Origin: Octopus sinensis
Taxonomy: Eukaryota
DNA length: 64,000 bases
Direction: 5' to 3'
Assembly (NCBI RefSeq): GCF_006345805.1
Contig: NC_043006.1
Coordinates: 60,264,001-60,328,000, forward strand
Part shown: positions 54,125-64,000 of the stretch, piece by piece
How the letters are laid out: each line of letters opens with the position of its first letter
How positions within the stretch are numbered: position 1 is the first letter of the stretch
Program-made: the position numbers and the translations under genes
The notes under the pieces: generated by a model
Told to the model about the DNA's origin: nothing
The model's database searches: none
Seen by the model: the letters and a program-made list of their open reading frames with translations, nothing else

Positions 54125-54462
54125 ATTAAATTTGTTATAATAGTGAAAAATAATATACAATCATAAACATATAAATATAAAAATAAAAATGTAAAATATA
54201 AAAACTTATACATCATAAAGCTACACTTATATAATATAATACACATTTGTACAAAAAAGGAAGGTAAACAGAACAAAATAAAACAAAATATATAATAGTG
54301 TATATATTAATATCAATAAGTACCGATATTATACATATTTGGCTAATAGTTTTTTTTAATATATATAAAAAAAAGCTAACATATATGGAGATGAAAAACA
54401 ATAATTAAATCCGTGGTACAGTTCATAAGATTCTAAAGCTATAAAAGTTAATAAAAATTACT

Positions 54463-54506
<44 letters not shown>

Positions 54507-56222
54507 TAATAAAAAAATATAATAAAAAAATAGATACAGTTAAGTTAGCACCAAGTCCATCCTTACAAGATCGAAATAACTATGAGTTAAGAAATGCTGA
54601 CCACTAGGTAAAGAAAATAAAGATTAATTCGATTGGCTATTGGTTTGAAATTTAAATCACAAAAGAAAATTATACGGTTGGTTAGTCAAGGAACGCCAAT
54701 ATTCACACACGCATCTACAGATCAATCGCACATACACACATAGTTATATGTATATACACACATTTATACACATACATAATACAAGCAACAACTAGCACAT
54801 AGATAAACAAAAGGGAAGTAACTATGCTACAATTTAGTCCTTCAATATTATCACTGTGCCTCAATAACAAAAGAAGAACCATTCATGAATTTCATAAATA
54901 TTTAATTTAGATATAAAAATATATTTTAAATATCAGTATGTTACTAAATCAGATACTTATTTCATGGGTAACTTAAATTTATAACACCGGTTTGTTGCAG
55001 AGTAAACATACGGTTGTTAGATTTATCGTAAGTTTGTTATGGTTTTAAGTACGCTAATTATAAAATATAAAATATAAAATGTATATTAATTTAAATAATT
55101 ATAAATAAGTCACTTATTAACTTAATAAATATATTGCCATGATATACCAGTTTAGGCATTAAAGAATAGAAGGGGAAGTATTAATTAAACGCTTAAGAGA
55201 ACATCACAGAAATTTTAAATAAATTTTATATTATAAAAACTTAAGATGAAAGAGATAAAATAAGTAAGAAGAATAAATACGAAGGAATAAATACGGTTAT
55301 ACATATAATTATAAGTACAAACCAGTATATATGTATTCATATATTATAAAAATTAAATAAAAATAAATGATAGATATGTATGTATAAAACTACCCAGTAT
55401 AAGTAAATAAGTAAAAAATAAATAGGTAGCAAATTAGATGACTTGATATGTATGTAAACATCTACACTTAATAGGCAAATAAATAAATAAATAGAAGACT
55501 AGATGCAAAATTGATAATATTACAATAAAATGGAAAATAAAATAAAATAATAAGTAGAGTGAATATATATGTTATATTGTTGAAAGTAAATATGTATGGA
55601 AGGATAGTTTAAAGTACAGATCCAGAAGACTATAGATATAAACTAAATATATGAGGCTGGTAATAATTATAAAGCATAATGCATGTAAATGAGAAAATGA
55701 AAAAAATGCAAAAGGTTTATCAGTGAATAGCATAAGATACAAATTAAGGTGAGTATAAAAAGACCAAATATACAATAAAAACCTTCCAAATAAACACATA
55801 CAAAAAACCTATATCTCAACCTAAACCCACCAAACTCACAAAGGCTCTCATATATTACATATTATACAATATCATTACATTATCCAGAGCTAGGTATCTA
55901 CCCAAGATATATATATATACTATGCAATATACTATGCAGTATTGGAAAACTTCAAAATCACAAAATTATAAGGCAAGTACCAAATGAATATGTTATTTTA
56001 TGTCATATTGCAATTCTCTTAAGAAACAAACAAAAACCCACATACAAAAAACAAGAAACCAATAATACTAGACACATCCATTAATTATTATACAAATGTA
56101 GCTGTAAAAATTATAAAATTATAAAATATATAAATTGTATACTTTAGAAGTTATAGAAGACCACAGGTATATTTAGTTAAAGAAGGGAGTTAAAAAATTA
56201 AAAATAGTGGAAGTGCTAAATT

Positions 56223-59200
56223 CTATTTGAATCTAGAAAAGGTGAACGGTAGCCTATGAATACAAAAGAAGTTTTTTTCATTAATGTTGTTAATAATTTG
56301 CCGACCCGCTTTAATAATGAAGAATATTTCATTAATACATAGAGAGCATTTTTTATTTTTTCCATTATACACAGGTGCTGAAGTTAGTATTTTCCAGTTT
56401 AATCTAAAATCCAAGTTCTTATTTTTAAGTCCCAAATGTATGCACTTAGCCCTGTAGAGTACATTCTATTTTTATTCCTAAAGGTATATCTGTGATAATT
56501 CCATCTTTGTTTTATGCTATTCATAGTTGCCCCGATATACACCCTACTACTCAATTGTGGTTCTACAGTGCATTGGTAAACAACCTCCTTCCTGAGGCAT
56601 TGATTACCAAATACACATTTATTTTTATTTCTGCAATTACAAAGGTTAACAGAATGAGGAAATCTAAAATTGGACAACACCCCTATACTACTATTCACAT
56701 TATAAGTGTTACAATTGTTATCATCATCCAAACCCAAAATCAACGAATGAGTTAAATTCACATTATCGGCTATATTCTTATCACTAGTACTAGTATTGGT
56801 AGTAGTAGTATGATCTATTTCATTTATATTATCTCTGACAGGTATGGTGCACTCATTATTAGTAAGGAGGTTGTTCCCATTGTTCCAAGAAAGTTTCTAT
56901 TCCTATTATTAATAAAGAGGGGCAAGTTTTCCTGGTCCAAATTCAATTTTCTATCCTTATAGAAGTGATCCAGTTTCTTGTTATTAAAAGAGGAGATAAT
57001 TGTGGCTAGATTATGAGTAATGCTATATCCCACTCTAACAGTACCGTTGTTAATTAAAGGACTAAATTTATTCTTATCCTTACCAAAATGCCTAAAAATA
57101 ACATTATGCAAAGCTCTCACTATGTTTGTTTTAATCTGCATTGCATATGGGATAATCAACCAAAGAGTATCCTTATCAGAATTAGGATTGCCTATAGAAT
57201 TAATGTTATTTGTAAAAATCCTATTCGTAGACCAACTCATAGGATTACTATTCTTACCACTGTCATTGTTATATTTATCTATATCATATTACCATGGTTA
57301 TTGCGCAAGTAAACTTACCATTATCATGTCTACATAAGTTTTAATTCGTATATTATTATTAATATTCCTCTATTACTCGTATGTTTAGATCTATTTGAGC
57401 TACCGTTCACCTTTCCAAGGTTAAACATCATTTCTACATTTATTATAGGTGTTATCATATATTCCATTTTTACAATTCTTATGTATATTGTTGATTATCT
57501 AAATTATTTGTGTTGTTCCTGATAGTCTACCTGCATTAGGGGGGTTACCCTTAGGTATAAACCAAATTTCTTCTTTTATATCCTGCCTTAAGTAATGCTG
57601 CATTGTATCTATCACAGTGTTTGTTAAAAATTTCCTCGTTTGAGGATAAACTAGAAATTCTCTGACTAATGTTCCTCACTAGTGCATTTTTAATTTGAGG
57701 GGGGTGATTACTTGAACGGTTAATGTATATTAGGTTGGAATTAGGTTTAATATAGGGTTCATGTAAACCATTAGTAAATTATCTAAATAATTAGCAGAAT
57801 AATTCTCACTTTCAATGATAATGGATAGGCCGAAGCTTTTAAAAAATTTATTTTTCTTTTTTCAGAAGATCTAATCTCCTATTTGATGTATTCCTAACAC
57901 CAAAAATAAGGCGTCATCCCGTATAATCACCTTTTAAATTCAGGGATTCCCTACTAAAGTTATCTAATAGATAACATCCCAACTAGGTCAGTCACCTCCG
58001 CTGAGTCCGGCGATCCCTTGTGATATCGTCCTTTCTAGCCCAAAGTTTATTATCAAACTCTATAAAGTTTTCCTGGCTGTTAGTATAACCTTAATCTCCC
58101 CCATACTTAATTTAGTGTATTTTCTAGCAAAAATTAAGGACTTATTTAATATAATAGGATTAATGGAAGTGTAATAGTTCTGTATATCGAATTGTATAAA
58201 TTTATTTCTATTATAGCTAAAGTTGTTACTGTCACCGACCTTAATGGTAGAAAACCAATCCAAAGCACCCTGAGTATTCTTCCAAAGGTTTAGTTTGATT
58301 TTATTGCGGATGGTGGTAGGTATTTATCCAGAATGAGTTTACTTAGTCTGCCCAAGTCAGATTTGGTGGCTAGATGGGGTGTAGGGTTCATTTTTTCTTC
58401 TAGTATTAGTCAAATATGATTTCTCTGATCTCCAGGTTCAGTTTTCTAAGTGTACTAGAAGGTACTACTTTGTATTTCTTGGTTATTTCCTTGTGTAGAA
58501 GATCATGATATGCAGTAATGGTCAATTTGTAGATGTGTGTTGGTTTTGTCAGAATGTGTTAGAATGCCGCTCTTACCTTTGAGAGTTCTAATTAAGTCGT
58601 TCAATTCTCTTTGGTGCTGGTTTAATCTTAAAGGATGATTTCTAATTTTATGTTTTTTTACAGTCTCCCATAGTTCTTGTTCAAACATTGTCTAGATGTA
58701 TATTGGTGTGGGAGACTTCCTATTTAAATGTAGTGCCTGTTAGTTTTAATATTTCTTCATAGTTGCTTCCAATTCTATTACGGATCGTTTCCTCAGTGTG
58801 TTGCTGGTTTATTTTATTATTATAGTTTCTCATGGTGGAAATCCTCCATCTGATCCTTGTGGATAGAATGCCGCTCTTACCTTGAGAGTTCTAATTAAGT
58901 CTTCAATTCTCTTTGGTGCTGGTTATATCTTAAAGGATGATTCTAAATTTTATGTTTTTTACAGTCTCCCATAGTTCTTGTTCAAAATTGTCGATGTATA
59001 TTTGGTGGGGGAGACTTCCTAGATTTAAATGTAGTGCCTGTTAGTTTTAATATTTCTTTAGGTGCTTCCAATTCTAGTACGGATCGTTTCCTCAGTGTGT
59101 TGCTGGTTTATTTATTATTATAGTTCTCATGGTGGAAAATCCTCCATCTGATCCTGTGGATGTGAATCATTCATTCTATAAATTAGTTCTTTAGTGTAAG

Positions 59201-59250
59201 GTCTTGGTAGGGATAGGTACATCCTTCATTGATGAATTGATCAGTATTTT
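56223..59250 (-). pseudogene. PLE RT + GIY-YIG ORF, frameshifted as assembled
   Basis: SMKDVPIP..KELIYRM..RIRWR N-terminus, SDKT, FIQFDIQNYYTSI, GSPDSAEVTDLVG, RDDA (57913-57921), CNCRNKNKCVFGNQC, VYQC..VYIGATMNSIKQRWNYH, CSLC. Confidence 0.88.
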
Positions 59251-59755
59251 CCCATTCTTCTAGCAGTAGTGATCAAAGGAACAAATATACTATACTAGGG
59301 TGTATTCACATGCACTATTAATATTTAAATCAATAAATGGATGCTTATATTACACCAGTATGAGCAATTCAGGTTCTTCAAAAGATAAATTTAGGTTATA
59401 AAATGAGATAGGGGTTGAAAATTCAACCCACCATGGGATAATATATATCCAATATACTGCTAGATAGGTACCCAACAAAATTAATACATAGATGTTAAAA
59501 ATTGTCAAACAATCAGTTCATCTATTGCATTATATGGGTGAAGGTAATAATATTACCGTAAATTAATACTACAAAATTAGAGAATGGAGAAATATACTTA
59601 AATCAGTAAAACATCAACTATCCGATGAAACTCAATCCATACTTTAATACACCATTACATATGAGTAAAGGCAATACATAAAATGAAATGAGATATACAG
59701 TAATAGTAAAAAGATAAAGAGATATAAGTAAAAAATTTCAAATATGATATAAATC

Positions 59756-59872
59756 AAAACTGACAGCTGTTTCGGCAGTGAGGACAGTCATACCTCATTT
59801 AACCTATAAGCCATAAAGGCAGGTATAAATGAGGCATTAACAAGGATGCCCCACGGCCTCTTCAGAGAATTA
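59756..59872 (-). ncRNA. Second copy of family-1 hammerhead
   Basis: Same core as 54009-54124; cleavage between 59762 and 59761. Confidence 0.88.
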
Positions 59873-60213
59873 AATTAAATTTGTTATAATAGTGAAAAAT
59901 AATATACAATCATATACATATAAATATAAAAATATAAAAATGTAAAATATAAAAACTTATACATCATAAAGCTACACTTATATAATATAATACACATTTG
60001 TACAAAAAAGGAAGGTAAACAGAACAAAATAAAACAAAATATATAATAGTGTATATATTAATATCAATAAGTACCGATATTATACATATTTGGCTAATAG
60101 TTTTTTTAAATATATATAAAAAAAAGCTAACATATATGGAGATGAAAAACAATAATTAAATCCGTGGTACAGTTCATAAGATTCTAAAGCTATAAAAGTT
60201 AATAAAAATTACT

Positions 60214-60257
<44 letters not shown>

Positions 60258-61989
60258 TAATAAAAAAATATAATAAAAAAAATAGATACAGTTAAGTTAG
60301 CACCAAGTCCATCCTTACAAGATCGAAATAACTATGAGTTAATAAATGCTGACCACTAGGTAAAGAAAATATAGATTAATTCGATTGGCTATTGGTTTGA
60401 AATTTAAATCACAAAAGAAAATTATACGGTTGGTTAGTCAAGGAACGCCAATATTCACACACGCATCTACAGATCAATCGCACATACACACATAGTTATA
60501 TGTATATACACACATTTATACACATACATAATTACAAGCAACAACTAGCACATAGATAAACAAAAAGGGAAGTAACTATGCTACAATTTAGTCCTTCAAT
60601 ATTATCACTGTGCCTCAATAACAAAAGAAGAACCATTCATGAATTTCATAAAATATTTAATTTAGATATAAAAATATATTTTAAATATCAGTATGTTACT
60701 AAATCAGATACTTATTTCATGGGTAACTTAAAATTTATAACACCGGTTTGTTGCAGAGTAAACATACGGTTGTTAGATTTATCGTAAGTTTGTTATGGTT
60801 TTAAGTACGCTAAATTATAAAATATAAAATATAAAATGTATATTAATTTAAATAATTATAAATAAGTCACTTATTAACTTAATAAATATATTGCCATGAT
60901 ATACCAGTTTAGGCATTAAAGAATAGAAGGGGAAGTATTAATTTAAACGCTTAAGAGAACATCACAGAAATTTTAAATAAATTTTATATTATAAAAACTT
61001 AAGATGAAAAGAGATAAAATAAGTAAGAAGGAATAAATACGAAGGAATAAATACGGTTATACATATAATTATAAGTACAAACCAGTATATATGTATTCAT
61101 ATATTATAAAAATTAAATAAAAATAAATGATAGATATGTATGTATAAAACTACCCCAGTATAAGTAAATAAGTAAAAAATAAATAGGTAGCAAATTAGAT
61201 GACTTGATATGTATGTAAACATCTACACTTAAATAGGCAAATAAATAAATAAATAGAAGACTAGATGCAAAAATTGATAATATTACAATAAAATGGAAAA
61301 TAAATAAAAATAATAAGTAGAGTGAATATATATGTTATATTGTTGAAAGTAAATATGTATGGAAGGATAGTTTAAAGTACAGATCCAGAAGACTATAGAT
61401 ATAAACTAAATATATGAGGCTGGTAATAATTATAAAGCATAATGCATGTAAATGAGAAAATGAAAAAAATGCAAAAGGTTTATCAGTGAATAGCATAAGA
61501 TACAAATTAAGGTGAGTATAAAAAGACCAAATATACAATAAAAACCTTCCAAATAAACACATACAAAAAACCTATAATCTCAACCTAAACCCACCAAACT
61601 CACAAAAGGCTCTCATATATTACATATTATACAATATCATTACATTATCCAGAGCTAGGTATCTACCCAAGATATATATATATACTATGCAATATACTAT
61701 GCAGTATTGGAAAACTTCAAAAATCACAAAATTATAAGGCAAGTACCAAAATGAATATGTTATTTTATGTCATATTGCAATTCTCTTAAGAAACAAACAA
61801 AAACCCACATACAAAAAACAAGAAACCAATAATACTAGACACATCCATTAATTATTATACAAATGTAGCTGTAAAAATTATAAAATTATAAAATATATAA
61901 ATTGTATACTTTAGAAGTTATAGAAGACCACAGGTATATTTAGTTAAAGAAGGGAGTTAAAAAATTAAAAATAGTGGAAGTGCTAAATT

Positions 61990-62825
61990 CTATTTGAATC
62001 TAGAAAAGGTGAACGGTAGCCTATGAATACAAAAGAAGTTTTTTTCATTAATGTTGTTAATAATTTGCCGACCCGCTTTAATAATGAAGAATATTTCATT
62101 AATACATAGAGAGCATTTTTTATTTTTTCCATTATACACAGGTGCTGAAGTTAGTATTTTCCAGTTTAATCTAAAATCCAAGTTCTTATTTTTAAGTTCC
62201 CAAATGTATGCACTTAGCCCTGTAGAGTACATTCTATTTTTATTCCTAAAGGTATATCTGTGATAATTCCATCTTTGTTTTATGCTATTCATAGTTGCCC
62301 CGATATACACCCTACTACTCAATTGTGTATCTACAGTGCATTGGTAAACAACCTCCTTCCTGAGGCATTGATTACCAAATACACATTTATTTTTATTTCT
62401 GCAATTACAAAGGTTAACAGAATGAGGAAATCTAAAATTGGACAACACCCCTATACTACTATTCACATTATAAGTGTTACAATTGTTATCATCATCCAAA
62501 CCCAAAATCAACGAATGAGTTAAATTCACATTATCGGCTATATTCTTATCACTAGTACTAGTATTGGTAGTAGTAGTATGATCTATTTCATTTATATTAT
62601 CTCTGACAGGTATGGTGCACTCATTATTAGTAAGGAAGTTGTTCCCAATTGTTCCAAGAAAGTTTCTATTCCTATTATTAATAAAGAGGGGCAAGTTTTC
62701 CTGGTCCAAATTCAATTTTCTATCCTTATAGAAGTGATCCAGTTTCTTGTTATTAAAAGAGGAGATAATTGTGGCTAGATTATGAGTAATGCTATATCCC
62801 ACTCTAACAGTACCGTTGTTAATTA
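61990..62825 (-). pseudogene. 5'-truncated upstream PLE ORF copy (linker + GIY-YIG), uninterrupted
   Basis: 270-aa open frame with CNCR linker, VYQC/YIG and CSLC motifs. Confidence 0.88.
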
Positions 62826-62920
62826 TCTATATATATATATATATAGATGGAGATGCAGACGAGTTATTGCAACTTTATACTCTGCGCGTACTGAGTTCTT
62901 TATCTCCTAGAATTTAGCCA

Positions 62921-63116
<196 letters not shown>

Positions 63117-63409
63117 TATGTATAGTTATGCGTGTTTTATTAGCCTGTATGTGTGTGCGTCAACATAACAATAAAGTTCTCATCATCACGATATCTGAAA
63201 ACTGGTTTTCGGATACATACTGCAATGTATCTGTATATTTCGGGCTGTACATTCCAACCATTTCTAAAGAATAATGTCGCTCGATATTATTCTTTGAGAA
63301 TTTATAGATATATCATAATCACATACTTACGCTAGAATATATAACATGTTCTTCTTTCAGGAACATTGTAGTTGTTGATTGAAATAATTATTGTTTCTCT
63401 TCTTTACAG

Positions 63410-64000
63410 ACGAATGTACATATAATGGAAAAAAGTATACAGGAGTATTTAAGATCGACTGCAACACGTGTGTATGTGACACAAATAACAAAGCAATTTG
63501 TTCAAATTTACGTTGTGGTTATGGGAAGGGGCCTTCATGTACATATCAAGGCAGACGTTACAGAGTAGGACAGACATTCCAGCAGTCTTGTAATACATGT
63601 AAATGCAACTATGATGGCCAGATAAAATGTGACAACAAAGACTGTCCTAAACGATGTACTTATAAAGAAAAGCTGTACCAAGAAGGTGAAGAATTCACTG
63701 ACAACTGTGATAAATGTAAGTCATTGCACTTGTCAAACTACAGGAATAGTGCAGTGTAACAGTGATAGATGTGGATGTCCTTATAAAAATGTACAATATC
63801 AAATCGGCCAAACCTTCACTGATGATTGCAATACTTGCGAATGTTTGAACAATGGTCAGGTTAAATGTACTAGCAAAATTTGTAAGTGTTACTTCAGAGG
63901 AAGAGTATTAAGTGTGGGCCAGAAATTTGAAGGGGATTGTAACATTTGCTATTGTAGAGACAACGGTCAGTTAGAATGTACAAAGAAAATTTGTCAATGT
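63410..64000 (+). CDS. Exon 2 of copy C (cut by window end); ~101-nt net deletion with frameshift at ~63720
   Basis: Acceptor tttacAG at 63408-63409. Modules 1-2 are intact, then gataaatgtaag|tcattgcacttg. The downstream frame CTCQTTGIVQC... continues open. Confidence 0.85.

Larger units (their letters stand above)
53821..62825 (-). mobile_element. 9.0-kb Penelope-like retroelement, partial tandem, antisense in intron 1 of copy C
   Basis: Direct repeat 53820-57056 = 59567-62825, RT and GIY-YIG motifs, one hammerhead in each repeat, flanked by (TA)n; absent from A and B. Confidence 0.92.

Noticed and set aside
56223-58688. Separate genes for the short minus-strand ORFs
   Set aside because: They are consecutive pieces of one frameshifted PLE RT-endonuclease ORF.
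61990-62802. Selenocysteine-encoding PLE
   Set aside because: The conserved Cys positions in the open linker/GIY-YIG frame are ordinary Cys codons with no in-frame UGA there. The RT part is too frameshifted to assess.
53815-62845. Target-site duplication of the 9-kb PLE
   Set aside because: Both flanks are (TA)n and comparison with A/B shows a small loss of flank, so no TSD can be defined.

Overview
AT-rich, microsatellite-rich eukaryotic DNA. The SINE families look like octopus (cephalopod) SINEs, which is my inference. The window is a tandem array of a ~22 kb unit: unit A 1-23876, unit B 23877-45698, unit C 45699-end. Each unit carries one three-exon gene that the ORF track only partly shows. 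It has a TATA promoter, a 58-nt signal-peptide exon (MLRLLLLVTVAI[S/Y]YVNSYN), one 3.0-3.4 kb exon encoding 27-30 tandem ~37-aa six-cysteine modules (VWC N-subdomain/pacifastin-like, with a 333-bp three-module super-repeat), and a terminal exon KQQYG* followed by AATAAA. Copy B is intact (1027 aa). Copies A and C are frameshifted as assembled. Each copy has its own transposon insertion: a 3.0-kb nested Helitron (A), a 373-bp Helitron whose empty site is visible in A (B), and a 9-kb partial-tandem Penelope-like element (C). Two different Penelope-like families each carry a type I hammerhead ribozyme with a palindromic loop III and an enlarged stem II; one of them has an inverted terminal copy. 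Also present are CR1-type LINE 3' ends, a Tc1/mariner fragment, a Helitron helicase fragment and three SINE families. Several stretches show long-read-type indel noise, so the frameshifts need read-level checking.
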